Assembly (NCBI GenBank): GCA_013696105.1
Contig: JACCZE010000336.1
Location: 7,865-71,864, forward strand
Reading direction: 5' to 3'
DNA from: Planctomycetota bacterium
GTDB lineage: Bacteria > Planctomycetota > UBA11346
Length of the DNA stretch: 64,000 nucleotides
Part shown: piece after piece, positions 9,964-20,566 of the stretch
Layout of the letters: every line of letters starts with the position of its first letter
How positions within the stretch are numbered: position 1 is the first letter of the stretch
Position numbers and translations under genes: made by a program
Notes under the pieces: model-generated
What the model was told of the DNA's origin: nothing
Database searches by the model: none
The model's input: the letters and a program-made list of their open reading frames with translations, nothing else

Positions 9964-11019
9964 TTAAGGAATCGTCCAACTGCCGGCGATCGGCGGCTGC
10001 TCCACCCCCGTCACCTGCGGCAGCGTGATCGGTACACGGTCCTGGCACAGCGCGCCGAGTATGGCCATCGCCACGCATTCGCGCATGTCCACCGGGATGC
10101 CGAGCTGATCGCTGGTGATGGCAGGGATTCCCGCGCGCTCGCGGATCTCCGCCACCAGGGCGCGATTGCGGGTGCCGCCGCCCGCGAGCACCAGTCGGCG
10201 TGCGGGCACCGCGTGCTGCACGATCACGCGCGCGATGGCGGCGCAGGCGGTGCGCGCGAGGTCCTCGGGCGTGTGCCGTCCGCGGTGGCGATCCACCCAC
10301 GCGGCCAATTCGTCCCCGGTTCCCAGGCTGCGGCCGGCGCGCGCCTGCAACGAGAGTTTCGCGGTCAGGGCATCGAGCGCGCGGCGATCGACGCTGCCTG
10401 CCAGGGCGTGCAGCCCGTCGCGATCATACGGCTGATCGAACAATCGCCGTGCGAGGTGGTCGAGGACCTGGTTGCACGCGCACACGTCCCGGCCGCCGAT
10501 CCGGGAGGTATCGTCGCCGCCCGGCAGGATGGTGAGGTTGCAGAAGCCGCCGAGATTGATGACCGCGCGTGCCTCGGAACCGTGTCGGAACAGGATGTGG
10601 TCGGCGAGCGGAGTGATCGGGGCTCCCTGCCCGCCAGCTGCGAGGTCGGCTGCGCGCAGATCACTCACCACCGGGACCCCGAGCGCCAACGCCAGCGGCG
10701 CTGGCTGGAACAATTGCCAGCTCACCGGGGGAGCGTGGAACACCGTCTGGCCATGCACGCAGACCAGGTCGATGCGATCGGCGCCGAGATCGCGGATCGC
10801 GTCGACATGCAGGGCCGTGAAGGCGAGTGAGGTTTCGCTGATCTCGCGCGCGGTCATCGGCTGCTGCTCGGCCAGGCGTCGCAAGGGCGCCTGCACATCG
10901 CCCAACGGATGGCTCGCGCAGCTCACCAGCTCGGCGCGAATGGCCAGTCCGCTGCCGGTGATGCGCACCAGCGCGACGTCGATGCCATCGAGCGAGGTGC
11001 CGGTCATGCAGCCGACCAC
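9964..11019 (-). CDS. anmK: Anhydro-N-acetylmuramic acid kinase
   Basis: G(C)MTGTSLDGIDVAL is the AnmK N-terminal signature, and the protein ends in AGSWTIP. The track ORF starts at 11160 with a 45-aa basic extension that was rejected. The true start is most likely the GTG at about 11019 or the ATG at 11007. Confidence 0.85.
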   Translation of the reverse strand: MVGCMTGTSLDGIDVALVRITGSGLAIRAELVSCASHPLGDVQAPLRRLAEQQPMTAREISETSLAFTALHVDAIRDLGADRIDLVCVHGQTVFHAPPVSWQLFQPAPLALALGVPVVSDLRAADLAAGGQGAPITPLADHILFRHGSEARAVINLGGFCNLTILPGGDDTSRIGGRDVCACNQVLDHLARRLFDQPYDRDGLHALAGSVDRRALDALTAKLSLQARAGRSLGTGDELAAWVDRHRGRHTPEDLARTACAAIARVIVQHAVPARRLVLAGGGTRNRALVAEIRERAGIPAITSDQLGIPVDMRECVAMAILGALCQDRVPITLPQVTGVEQPPIAGSWTIP

Positions 11020-11156
11020 CAGACGCCCCTTGGTCGGAGCGCGCGTCGTCTGGCGCTGCGGAACCGGCACCAGTCGGGCCGGCTTCACCAGAGTGGGTCG
11101 CGGCTGCGCGCGCACGGGGGCGTCGCTGCGACCGCCGCGTCGACCCAGACGCACCT

Positions 11157-12989
11157 TCATCCCCGCTCCAGGTCGGCGACGATCTCGTCGTATGCGCGCA
11201 CGCTGTCATCCAATCCACCCGGACGGGAGCGCACCAGCCAGAGTTCGCGATGCCGTGCCGTCAGCCGGCGGAACGATTCGGCGAGCGTGCGGCGCCAGGC
11301 CGGATCGGTGGGCGACGTGCGGCGCATCGTCGCGCGGCGTGCGGTCTTCGAGGCCTCCTCCAGCGTGTGCATGATCTCGGCGGTGAGTTCGTGTGCGATG
11401 TCCAGCGGCGCGGAATCGAACAGCTTCGCCAGCCGGTCTTCGACCGACCGCCAGTCCGCTGCCTCGCCGACCCAGGGCTTGTCCCACGGCATGTGCAGGT
11501 CCTGGTAGAGCGCGGAGCGGTTCCCGAGCGGGCGGCGCACGCCATCGGGACCGTCCTTGCCGCCGAGCAGGCGCAGGGGCGCATCGACATCGCCGAGCTC
11601 GTCGAGCCAGCCGCCGAGCGCCAGACTGGCGTCGTCGAAGGCGTGCAGCGAGGTGGCGCGCGGATCGTAGGTCGCCTCGCCGCTCCATGCCCGGTGCGCT
11701 GCCTCGGCGAGCGCATTGAGTTCGATGGGCCATTGCTGGCGGTGGCCGTGATCGCCCCAGCTGGTCACCAGGTATCCGCGTGCGCCGCCAGCGATGCCGG
11801 CGCGTGCCGCTGCCAACAGGTTCCCGCGCCGCGGTCCGGTGCGCCCGACGATGCTGCGCCAGCCGCTGGTGCCGGGACAGACCCACACCTCGCGTCCAGC
11901 CGTACGGAACTGTTCGCACCAGGTCTCGAAGCGTCCGTGCGCTTCGTAATCCCAGGCCAGGCCGATGAGGTCCTCGGGCAAGCGGCCGAGGGCTTCGGGG
12001 TGATGGAGCGCGATGTCGGCCCAGAACATCGGGCGCTTGCCCAGACGGCGCGCGATCGCGCACACCTGTTCGACGAAGCCGAGGTAGACGTCGGCGCGAC
12101 CGCGGCGTTCGACCTCGGCACGGGAGCGGCCCTGTCCGAGATCGTAGGTCTCATCGCATCCGATGTTGATCAGCGGACTCGTGAAGCAGGGGGCGAGCTG
12201 GGAGAGCAGATCATCGATCAGCGCGATCGATCGCGGGTCCCCTGGACACAGGCTGAAAGGACCCTTCAACACGCTATCGTCGAAGGTCCATGGCGTGTCC
12301 TGACCCTGGATCTCGGCCAGCGGCGCGTAGCGCGGATGGGCGAACCAGCGTTCGAGGTGTCCGAAGCAGTTCTGGTTGGCTGCGAGTTCGATTCCGTGGG
12401 ACCGGCAATGGGCGTCGAGCGTACGGATCTCGTCGGGGGTGATCGGCGACCAGCCGCGCCAAGCGTCCTCGTGGCCGATGTAGGCGTAGGTGTGTTCGGT
12501 GTAGAGCTGCAGGTGGTTGATCTTGAACGAAGCCAAGCGCTCGACCGTGGCCAGCAGGTGGGCCATGGTCGGGACCCGGTCGCGCGAGATGTCGAGCATC
12601 ACCCCGCGGATCGGGAATGCCGGACGGTCCTGGATGCGCACGCAGGGCAGTCGACGACCGTACTGCTTCAAGAGCTGTGACAGGGTGCGCGCGCCATAGG
12701 CGATGCCGCGCGCGTCATCGGCCTCGATCAGGATGCGCGAGGGAGAGACCGTGAGCCGGTAGGCCTCGGGATTCTTCAGCGGCTCGATCGCCACGCCGCA
12801 AATGATCTGGGCATCGACCTCGCCATCATCGCTGCCAACGCGGTCGCCCAGGACACGGGCGACCGCCGGCAGATAATCGGGATGTCCATGGATACCGAAG
12901 ACGTGCGGAACGTCGCGCCATTCGCCCACCAGGAGGATCGCCTTGGGCGCCGGCAGCAGCAGCGGGTGCAGGTCCAGGAGCGCGGTCAT
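11157..12989 (-). CDS. Glycoside hydrolase family 20 beta-N-acetylhexosaminidase-like protein, cytoplasmic (no signal peptide)
   Basis: RGVMLDISRDRVPTMAHLLATVERLASFKINHLQLYTEHTYAY and the catalytic region INIGCDETYDLG (D-E pair). The ATG at 12989 overlaps the upstream stop as ATGA. The upper part of the 1025-aa track ORF above 12989 was rejected. Confidence 0.8.
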   Translation of the reverse strand: MTALLDLHPLLLPAPKAILLVGEWRDVPHVFGIHGHPDYLPAVARVLGDRVGSDDGEVDAQIICGVAIEPLKNPEAYRLTVSPSRILIEADDARGIAYGARTLSQLLKQYGRRLPCVRIQDRPAFPIRGVMLDISRDRVPTMAHLLATVERLASFKINHLQLYTEHTYAYIGHEDAWRGWSPITPDEIRTLDAHCRSHGIELAANQNCFGHLERWFAHPRYAPLAEIQGQDTPWTFDDSVLKGPFSLCPGDPRSIALIDDLLSQLAPCFTSPLINIGCDETYDLGQGRSRAEVERRGRADVYLGFVEQVCAIARRLGKRPMFWADIALHHPEALGRLPEDLIGLAWDYEAHGRFETWCEQFRTAGREVWVCPGTSGWRSIVGRTGPRRGNLLAAARAGIAGGARGYLVTSWGDHGHRQQWPIELNALAEAAHRAWSGEATYDPRATSLHAFDDASLALGGWLDELGDVDAPLRLLGGKDGPDGVRRPLGNRSALYQDLHMPWDKPWVGEAADWRSVEDRLAKLFDSAPLDIAHELTAEIMHTLEEASKTARRATMRRTSPTDPAWRRTLAESFRRLTARHRELWLVRSRPGGLDDSVRAYDEIVADLERG

Positions 12990-14626
12990 ACGGGTGCGGG
13001 TTGCGGCTGCAGGTGCGGGTCCCGATCCTCCTCCATCGATCCGCCCCGCGGGTCCTTCATCGACACGCACACCGCCAGCGACACCGCGGTGGCGATGAGC
13101 AGGCGCCACGGCGAGGCGAGGACCAGGCGGTGGATACCCTGATGGGTGCTCAGATCCGGCAGGATCCAGCAGGTGAAATTGTACCAGATCGCCGGCTGCA
13201 GGAAGGCTGTCATGGCGAAGCCCATGACCAGGGAGGAGATGGCGGTGAATGGCGTGCCACGGCGGGTGAACAACGTGGTGAGGAAGACCGCCAGCAGGCC
13301 GGAGTACGCGAAGGTCATCACTCCCAATGCGAACTCGATCAGCGTCTCGTTGTTGTGCTTCCACCACGCCACGCACGCGCATGCGAACAGCGCCAGCACG
13401 ATGCCCCAGCCGACCACCGCCAACCGGCCGATAAGCAGGTAGTGCCGATCCGGACGATTCTTCAAGAGCGGGCGATAGAAATCGTTGACGAAGGCCGACG
13501 CCATCGCGTTCAGGGCCGACAGCAGGCTGGCGAACGCCACCGAGAACAGTCCCGCCATCATCAGGCCGCGCAGTCCCTGGGGCATTTCGTGATGAATGAA
13601 GGACAGGAAGACATCCTTCGCCTTCGGTGTCGGATAGGTCGGTGCGGCCGCGCCCATCAGGTCTGGACGCTGGTAGTACAGGTACAGCAGCAGGCCGATG
13701 GCCATGAACAGCATCGTCACAGGGATGCCCATGAGGATTGCGAACAGCGCCGAACGCCCGCCGCGCACCGCGTCCTTGCAAGTCAGCATGCGCTGGGCGA
13801 GATCCTGGTCGGTGCCGTAAGCGGCGAGGTTGAAGAGCACCCAGCCGGTGATGGCGGTGAACACGGTGAAGGTGGTGCCGGGAGAGAGGTCGAAGCTCAG
13901 CACTGCGAGCTTCGAGTGATCCCCCACTCGGGTGGACGCCAGCTCCGAGACGATCTCGGTCACCGGGATGGGAATGCGGTGGAGCAGGACTCCGGCTGCC
14001 GCCAGGGTCGCGCCGATGAGCACGATGATCTGGATGACGTCGGTCCAGATGATGCTCGCGATGCCGCCGACCAGGGTGTAGACGATCCCGACCAGCGCGA
14101 CCACCGCGATCGCGATGTACAGGTGGTGCGGGTGATCGATGCCGGTGTCGCCGAACAGCAGCAAGGCGGCCGGAGCCGCGGCGATGAACAGCCGCGATCC
14201 GTTGGCGAACACCCGACCGATGACGAAGGTCCAACTCGCGGCCATCTTGACCCCCGGCCCGAAACGTCGGCCGAGCAGTTCATAGACCGTGACCACCTGG
14301 TAGCGGTAGAACACCGGGATGAAGAACCAGCCCACGATCAGCACCGCCAGGATGGCGCCGATGGTGGCCGACAGGTAGGTCAGATCCCCGGCGTAGGACT
14401 GTTGCGGTCCGCCGATGAACGTCGCGGCCGACAGCGCCGTCGCGAGCACCGACAGCGCCACTGCCCAGGGTGGCATCTGCCGCTCGCCGACGAAGTACGC
14501 GTCGGCGGTGGCCGGACGGCGCGAAACGAGGTAACCGGTGACCACCAGCACAGCGAAGTAGGCGGCGAGCACCACCCAGTCGGCGAGCTGGAATGGGGTT
14601 GCCGGCGTTACGAGGGGGGCGTCCAC
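12986..14626 (-). CDS. Sodium:solute symporter family (SSF) transporter
   Basis: A 546-aa polytopic membrane protein with the SSF-typical N-terminus (FQLADWVVLAAYFAVLVVTGYLVSRR...YFVGER) and about 13 TM segments. Confidence 0.85.
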   Translation of the reverse strand: MDAPLVTPATPFQLADWVVLAAYFAVLVVTGYLVSRRPATADAYFVGERQMPPWAVALSVLATALSAATFIGGPQQSYAGDLTYLSATIGAILAVLIVGWFFIPVFYRYQVVTVYELLGRRFGPGVKMAASWTFVIGRVFANGSRLFIAAAPAALLLFGDTGIDHPHHLYIAIAVVALVGIVYTLVGGIASIIWTDVIQIIVLIGATLAAAGVLLHRIPIPVTEIVSELASTRVGDHSKLAVLSFDLSPGTTFTVFTAITGWVLFNLAAYGTDQDLAQRMLTCKDAVRGGRSALFAILMGIPVTMLFMAIGLLLYLYYQRPDLMGAAAPTYPTPKAKDVFLSFIHHEMPQGLRGLMMAGLFSVAFASLLSALNAMASAFVNDFYRPLLKNRPDRHYLLIGRLAVVGWGIVLALFACACVAWWKHNNETLIEFALGVMTFAYSGLLAVFLTTLFTRRGTPFTAISSLVMGFAMTAFLQPAIWYNFTCWILPDLSTHQGIHRLVLASPWRLLIATAVSLAVCVSMKDPRGGSMEEDRDPHLQPQPAPV

Positions 14627-14724
14627 CCGTGAGGGAATACCGACGGATGGCCGCGGTTCCAGAGGCGTCGTCTCCGCGGCTGCGCTTGATGTGGTGCGCG
14701 GTTCCTGGCCCGTAGGTTGAACGC

Positions 14725-15855
14725 ATGAGACATCACCTGCTGGCCGCCGTGATGCTGGTCGCTGCCTCGATGGGTGCCGAGGAGGGGCAGCGCTACCAGC
14801 CGGTCTCGCCCTGGCCGTCGCTGACCTTCACCAAACCCCTGTGCATCGCCCATCCACCGGATCTCTCCGATACGCTCTACCTCATCGAGCAGACCGGTCG
14901 GATCCGCTATTTCCACCAGGGTGAGAAGAACCCGCAGGCCGTCACCGCGCTCGACATCACCGCCAAGGTGAACAGTTCCGGGAACGAGGAAGGCATGCTC
15001 GCCCTCGCCTTCCATCCGAAGTTCGCGTCCGATCGGCGCGTGTTCATCTACTACTGCCTCGACAAGCCCCGGCGCACCCGCCTGTCGAGTTTCCTCGCCG
15101 ACGCGAAGGACCCTGCGAGCTTCGACCCGGCGAGCGAGCGCGTCCTGCTCGAGATCGACCAGCCCTATTCGAACCACAACGGAGGCATGCTGCTGTTCGA
15201 CCGCAAGGGCCTCTTGTACCTGAGCATCGGCGACGGCGGCTCGGGCGGGGATCCGCACGACAACGGTCAGAGCCTGAAGACCCTGCTCGCGAAGATCATC
15301 CGCATCGACATCGATAAAACCGATGGCGCGCGGCCCTACGGCATCCCCGCTGACAATCCCTTCGTCGGCATCGGCGGCGCCCGGCCAGAGATCTGGGCCT
15401 ATGGACTACGCAATGTCTGGCGCATGAGTTTCGATCGCGCGACCGGGGACCTCTGGGCTGGCGACGTCGGACAGAACAAATGGGAGGAGGTCGACGTCAT
15501 CATCAAGGGGGGCAACTACGGTTGGAACGCGCGGGAGGGGAAGCATGTGTTCAAGGACGGGGTGACCGCACAGAAGGCCATCGAGCCGATCCTGGAGTAC
15601 CCGCGCGATGCCGGTCAATCCATCACCGGTGGCTATGTCTATCGCGGAAAGCGTCTTCCCGAGCTGGTCGCTACCTACATCTACGGCGACTTCGCGAGCG
15701 GTCGGATCTGGGGCGCGACGGTCGCGAACGGCAAGCTCTCGACCAACCGCGAGATCGCGCGCGCTGGGGCGATCTCTTCCTTCGGAGAGGACCGCGACGG
15801 AGAGATCTATTTCACGTCCTTCGATGGGCACGTGTACACGCTCGCGAAACCCTGA
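14725..15855 (+). CDS. PQQ-dependent soluble sugar dehydrogenase (sGDH/YliI-like beta-propeller), secreted
   Basis: Signal peptide, then GMLALAFHP, NHNGGMLLFDRKGLLYLSIGDGGSGGDP and YGLRNVWRMSFD, which match the glucose/sorbosone dehydrogenase family. Confidence 0.85.
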   Translation: MRHHLLAAVMLVAASMGAEEGQRYQPVSPWPSLTFTKPLCIAHPPDLSDTLYLIEQTGRIRYFHQGEKNPQAVTALDITAKVNSSGNEEGMLALAFHPKFASDRRVFIYYCLDKPRRTRLSSFLADAKDPASFDPASERVLLEIDQPYSNHNGGMLLFDRKGLLYLSIGDGGSGGDPHDNGQSLKTLLAKIIRIDIDKTDGARPYGIPADNPFVGIGGARPEIWAYGLRNVWRMSFDRATGDLWAGDVGQNKWEEVDVIIKGGNYGWNAREGKHVFKDGVTAQKAIEPILEYPRDAGQSITGGYVYRGKRLPELVATYIYGDFASGRIWGATVANGKLSTNREIARAGAISSFGEDRDGEIYFTSFDGHVYTLAKP

Positions 15856-15882
15856 CGATTCGTAGCCGTCGCCTCATCCTCG

Positions 15883-16587
15883 TCACTGGTGGTCGGCGAT
15901 CCCGGTGTCCTGCTCGAGGTGGGCGAGGTCGTTCACCGACATGATGTGGCCGTAACGCTTGGGTTCGCCGTTGACCGCGACCGCGAACGGGCGCACGCGG
16001 TTGATGCCGGTGTTAGACACCACCAGATGCCAGGTGTGCGCGCGGTCGAGCCCCATCATGTACGACAGGTAGAGACCCATGACGCCGCCATGGCAGACCA
16101 CCAGGATGCGTTCTCCGTGGTGGCGCTCGGCAATGTCGGTCAGGGCCTGGGTGATGCGCAGCGCGCCCATGTTGTAGGATTCTCCGATGCCGCCGCCGCG
16201 GCGCATATCCGGATTCCGCAGCTGCCAGGCCGCCCATTCCTCGGGAAATTTCTCGGCGATCACCGCGCCGGTCATGCCGGTCCAGGTACCGGCGTCGAGT
16301 TCGCGCAGACGGGGGTCGATCAGGATCGGTAGCGCCACGGCGGCGGACAGGTATCCCGCGGTCGCGGTGGCGCGCTGCAGATCGCTGGCATAGAGCGCGG
16401 CGAAGCTCATTCCGGCGAGGCGCTTGGCCACACGCTGCGCCTGCTGGTGACCGGTCGCGGTCAGGGGAACGTCCATCTGGCCGGTGACATAGCCGCCGAG
16501 GTTGCCATCGCTCTGGGCATGGCGCACGATCCACAGTTCGGTGAGTTCGCGCCTGAGAGAGGTCGCGGTGATCGCTGCGCCGCTCAC
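15883..16587 (-). CDS. Histidine phosphatase family protein (phosphoglycerate mutase-like)
   Basis: LWIVRHAQS.N is the RHG motif with catalytic His. The start was set at a GTG overlapping the upstream stop (GTGA) at 16587. The track ORF starts at 16629 and would overlap the neighbour by 45 nt. Confidence 0.7.
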   Translation of the reverse strand: MSGAAITATSLRRELTELWIVRHAQSDGNLGGYVTGQMDVPLTATGHQQAQRVAKRLAGMSFAALYASDLQRATATAGYLSAAVALPILIDPRLRELDAGTWTGMTGAVIAEKFPEEWAAWQLRNPDMRRGGGIGESYNMGALRITQALTDIAERHHGERILVVCHGGVMGLYLSYMMGLDRAHTWHLVVSNTGINRVRPFAVAVNGEPKRYGHIMSVNDLAHLEQDTGIADHQ

Positions 16588-17171
16588 CGCGCCACCGGGA
16601 ACCAAGCCGGCTCGGCGCCTGGCTTCCATTTGATGTTGCAGCCCATGCTCGGCCGTTGATCCGACGGCGCTGGCAGCCCCGCCAGACAGGAGTCCAACGC
16701 CGTTCGCAGGTCCTTCCCAGTCACGGGGAGAGCGTTCTTGGGGCGGGAGTCGTCGAACTGGCCGCGATAATACAGCTTCCGTGCCTGGTCGTAGAGGAAG
16801 AAGTCCGGAGTGCAGGCGGCGCGATAGGCCTTGGCGACCGATTGGTCGGCGTCGTGGGCATAGGGGAAGCGGTAGCCGGCGGAGCGCTTCTCGGCCGCCA
16901 TGGCGGCGAAGCCGTCGTCCGGATACCGCTCTCCATCGTTGCTGTTGATGCCGACGATAGCGACTCCCCGTGGCTGGTAGTCATCCGCGAGTCGAGCGAT
17001 GTCGGCGCGGAGGTGCTTCACGTAGGGACAGTGGTTGCAGATGAACATCACCACCAGTGCCTGCGCGCGCGACAGGTCCTGCAGGCTCAGGGTCCCGCCC
17101 TCGGCCTCGGGCAGCGAGAACGGCGGAGCCGGAGTGCCGAGCGGAACCATCGTGGATGTCTGCGCGACCAT
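16584..17171 (-). CDS. Thioredoxin-fold redoxin (CxxC thiol-disulfide oxidoreductase-like)
   Basis: The CNHC active-site motif sits in a thioredoxin-like context (ALVVMFICNHCPYV). Confidence 0.65.
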   Translation of the reverse strand: MVAQTSTMVPLGTPAPPFSLPEAEGGTLSLQDLSRAQALVVMFICNHCPYVKHLRADIARLADDYQPRGVAIVGINSNDGERYPDDGFAAMAAEKRSAGYRFPYAHDADQSVAKAYRAACTPDFFLYDQARKLYYRGQFDDSRPKNALPVTGKDLRTALDSCLAGLPAPSDQRPSMGCNIKWKPGAEPAWFPVAR

Positions 17172-17324
17172 GACGGCAGCGTAAGAGGCAGACGGGCGAG
17201 TCCACGGAGAGCCAGGTACGGGGCGCGCGTGAAGGGCCGATCAACGACCATGGGCCATCAACCACCAACCACCAGCCACCAGCCACCAACGACTATCCCA
17301 GGAGCGTCCCCCGACGGCAGGCGC

Positions 17325-18353
17325 TCAATGCAGGCTGTCTCGTAGCAGTTCCTTCTTCGCCCGCGCTTCTTCCGCGTTGGCGCGCCGGGTGAAACCGAGC
17401 GCGAAGATGGCGATCACCACCAGGCTGACCAGCCAGCTCTCGATCTCGAGGAATGGGCGGTAATGCAGGTTCCACTGCGCGTTGGCGAGGCGGAATTCCT
17501 CCCGCGCCGTTTCGGCGGCGAGATGGTCGCGCTGGTCCTTGGGCAGATCGGGGTGGCGTTCGTCGGTCAACCGCTGCTGCTCGCGGGCGATGATGTCGAG
17601 ACTCGGAGGTGCCGGCGAACGCGCGTTGACGATGATGACGTGATTGAGCTCGAGCAGACGTTCGGCGGTGGCCCCGACGGAGCGCTCGTACTCGGCTGCT
17701 GTCGCATAGGCGGCAGCAGGCGGAGCGATCGGGGCGCGCACGATGTCGACTGGGGTTTCGAGGATCAGCAGCGCCCCTACCAGACCGACGGCGGCGAATG
17801 CGGCACCCTCCAGACGCGGAAAATGCGACAGCAGGGTGACGAAGCCCTGGGCGGCGAAGCGGATGGCGAGGATGCCAAGGAAGCTGCCGATGATCAGGAT
17901 CCACAGCTTGCCGGATAGTGCGATCGTGGCGGCGATCGAATCCACCGAGAACACGATGTCGGCCAGCTCCACCGCCACGACAGTGCTCCAGAACGCCGAG
18001 AGCCCGGGGATCTTCCAGCTCGGGGCCTTCGGCTCGCCCTCGACGTGCTTCTTCTTCAGGAAATAGGCCACGGCGAGGTACAGCAGGTACGCCCCGCCGA
18101 TCAGCTTCAGGTACCATTTGCTCATGATCCAGACTGCGAGGATCAGGGCTATGATGCGGAAGACGTAGGCGCCGATCAGTCCCCAGCGCAGCGCCCTGCC
18201 CTGCTGCTCCTTCGGCAGTTCGCGCACCATCAGCGCGAGCACCACCGCATTGTCCAACGACAGCAGGCAGTGCAGGACGATCACCACCCCGACCACCAGA
18301 AGGTCGCCGGGGACGAAGGTGTCCAACTGCAGGAAATGGAGCAGCGATTCCAT
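17325..18353 (-). CDS. TerC family integral membrane protein
   Basis: The LSLDNAVVLALMV motif, typical of TerC/Alx family members, with 7-9 TM segments. Confidence 0.85.
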   Translation of the reverse strand: MESLLHFLQLDTFVPGDLLVVGVVIVLHCLLSLDNAVVLALMVRELPKEQQGRALRWGLIGAYVFRIIALILAVWIMSKWYLKLIGGAYLLYLAVAYFLKKKHVEGEPKAPSWKIPGLSAFWSTVVAVELADIVFSVDSIAATIALSGKLWILIIGSFLGILAIRFAAQGFVTLLSHFPRLEGAAFAAVGLVGALLILETPVDIVRAPIAPPAAAYATAAEYERSVGATAERLLELNHVIIVNARSPAPPSLDIIAREQQRLTDERHPDLPKDQRDHLAAETAREEFRLANAQWNLHYRPFLEIESWLVSLVVIAIFALGFTRRANAEEARAKKELLRDSLH

Positions 18354-18429
18354 AGGGAAGCAGGCTGCAGTCCGCAGGTGGTGCGGTCAAGAGCAACCGG
18401 GTCAACCTCGCCCGCTCACTGTGGTCGGA

Positions 18430-19611
18430 TCAGTGACCTGGAACCCCGGGAGCGGCTGGCGCGATCGCCCCGCTACTCAGCGCTTCGGGCAGGAAGTAGA
18501 AGAGCACGCCGATGATGATGTAGACCGACAGCAGCTGGACGCCCTCGAGCCAGTTGGATTCGCCGTCGCCGACCACCTGCTCGGTGACCAGCACCGCGAG
18601 GATGATCGCCAGGACCTCCGCGGTGGTGAACACCAGATCCATTGGTCCGGCTGATTCCGGCCCGATGAAATAGCTGGCGAAGACCAGCACCGGTGCGACG
18701 AACAACGCGATCTGGATGCTTGAACCCAGGGCGATTCCCACCGCCAGGTCCATGCGCTTCTTCATGGCCATGAGGATCGCGGTCGAATGTTCCGCTGCGT
18801 TGCCGACGATGGCGACGATGATGACGCCGACGAAGACGTTGGTCATCCCGAATGCCGTCGCGGCGTGCGTGACCGAGCCGACCATCCACTCGGCGAGGAT
18901 CGACAGCACGACCGTGGCCCCGACCAGCACGCTGATCGCCTTCTTCACGCTCCAGTGCGTGCCTGCGGCTTCATCTTCGACTTCCGCCGCCTGGGCCGAG
19001 GAACCGGTGAACAGCTGCCGGTGGGTGTGCAGCGAGAAGAGCAGGCTGCAACCGTAGGTGATGATCAGCACGATCGCGATCACCAGGCTCAGGCTGAGCT
19101 CCTTGTCGTGGATCGATTCGCCGCCCAGGTGATGGAAGGTCGCTGGGGCGACCAGCGACGCCGCCGCGAGGAACACCATCGAGCTGTAGGAGCTGACGCC
19201 CTTGGCGTTGAAGGGCAGGTTCGGATGCTTCAGTCCGCCAGCGAAGCAGGCGGCTCCGAGCACCAGCAGCAGGTTGCCGATGATCGAGCCGGTGATCGAG
19301 GCCTTCACCACATCGTACATGCCGGCATGCAATGCGATCAGGGCGATGATCAGTTCGGCCGCGTTACCGAAGGTCGCGTTCAGGAGGCCGCCGATGCCAT
19401 CGCCGGTGCGCTCGGCCAAGTGCTCGGTGGCGCGCCCCATCCAACCTGCGGCCGGGATGATCGCCAGGCAGGACGCGATGAAGATCCAGGTATGGTTGTG
19501 GCCGATGAATTCCTGGTACGCCGCGATGGGAATGAAGACCAGGAGCCAGTTCAGCGAGGGCTTGAGGTAGGAGCTCATCGCGGAAGGCTGGTGGTTATCC
19601 GGTCCTGTCAA
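18430..19611 (-). CDS. Ca2+/H+ (cation) antiporter, CaCA family (ChaA/CAX-like)
   Basis: Two alpha-repeats carry GNAAELI and GNAAEHS motifs. An alternative start at the Met at 19578 is possible. Confidence 0.85.
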   Translation of the reverse strand: MTGPDNHQPSAMSSYLKPSLNWLLVFIPIAAYQEFIGHNHTWIFIASCLAIIPAAGWMGRATEHLAERTGDGIGGLLNATFGNAAELIIALIALHAGMYDVVKASITGSIIGNLLLVLGAACFAGGLKHPNLPFNAKGVSSYSSMVFLAAASLVAPATFHHLGGESIHDKELSLSLVIAIVLIITYGCSLLFSLHTHRQLFTGSSAQAAEVEDEAAGTHWSVKKAISVLVGATVVLSILAEWMVGSVTHAATAFGMTNVFVGVIIVAIVGNAAEHSTAILMAMKKRMDLAVGIALGSSIQIALFVAPVLVFASYFIGPESAGPMDLVFTTAEVLAIILAVLVTEQVVGDGESNWLEGVQLLSVYIIIGVLFYFLPEALSSGAIAPAAPGVPGH

Positions 19612-19651
19612 TCAGTCCTGATCGTCGGAGCTGCGGTCACCGAGAAAGCGC

Positions 19652-20371
19652 TCACGTATAGAGGCCGCCGTTGATCGCGAGCACATGGCCGGTCACGTAT
19701 CCGGCGTCGGGCGAGCACAGGTAGGATACTGCCGCAGCGACCTCAGCGACCGTGCCGAGGCGTCCCAGGGGCACGGCCTGCAGCATCTGCTCCAGCGGTA
19801 GGCCCTTGGTCATGTCGGTGTCGATCAGTCCCGGCGCGACCACGTTGGCGGTGACACCGCGCTTGGCGATCTCGCGCGCGAGCGCCTTGGTAGCCGCGAT
19901 CAGCCCACCCTTGGCGGCTGAATAGTTGACCTGGCCTGGATTGCCCATCTGGCCGCTGACCGAAGCGATGGTGACGATGCGCCCTTTGCGCGCCTTGAGC
20001 ATCGGACCCACCAGCGGGCGGACGATGTTGTAGAATCCGCCGAGGCTGGTGTGGATCACCGAATCCCACTCCTCGTCCGCCATCCATGCCAGGAGCCCGT
20101 CGCGGGCGATGCCGGCGTTGACGATCACCGCGTCCGGAGTTCCGCGCTCGTCGAGCAGGCGCTCGATCGCCGCCTTGGCCGCGACCCGGTCGGTGACGTC
20201 GAATGGAACGAGCGCCGCCTGACGACCGGCCGCTCGGACTGCGGTCGCGACCGCTTCCGCCGCCTCGGTGCTGGCGCGGAAATTGATGGCGACGTCGAAG
20301 CCGTCGCGCGCGAGTCGCTGGGCGATCGCGGCGCCAATGCCTCGGCTGGCTCCGGTGACGAGGGCGTACAT
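19652..20371 (-). CDS. 3-oxoacyl-ACP reductase-like short-chain dehydrogenase (FabG family)
   Basis: TGASRGIG Rossmann motif, NAG, S-Y-K catalytic residues (YSAAKGGL) and IASVSG. The start was set at the internal Met at 20371. Confidence 0.85.
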   Translation of the reverse strand: MYALVTGASRGIGAAIAQRLARDGFDVAINFRASTEAAEAVATAVRAAGRQAALVPFDVTDRVAAKAAIERLLDERGTPDAVIVNAGIARDGLLAWMADEEWDSVIHTSLGGFYNIVRPLVGPMLKARKGRIVTIASVSGQMGNPGQVNYSAAKGGLIAATKALAREIAKRGVTANVVAPGLIDTDMTKGLPLEQMLQAVPLGRLGTVAEVAAAVSYLCSPDAGYVTGHVLAINGGLYT

Positions 20372-20566
20372 ACCGGGGGATGATGGCGCCGGAGCGGGGA
20401 TTGGAAGCCACACGGGGATGCGCATCGTTCTCCGTCCTTCGTCCTCCGTCCTCCGTCAACGGCGCCGCGATGGTGTTCGCTGGTCCCGCGTGTGCGTGGG
20501 GAAAGCGGGCATCCGCGGAGAATGCGGCGCTTTCCATTCCCGAGTCGTCTTCGATCATGGGTGGCG

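Noticed and set aside
12990-14234. Upper part of the 1025-aa minus-strand track ORF
   Set aside because: It is out-of-frame read-through across the SSF symporter gene. The GH20 protein starts at the ATG at 12989.
13001-14632. 543-aa plus-strand ORF
   Set aside because: It is antisense to the SSF symporter and gives a D/R/E/G-rich low-complexity translation.
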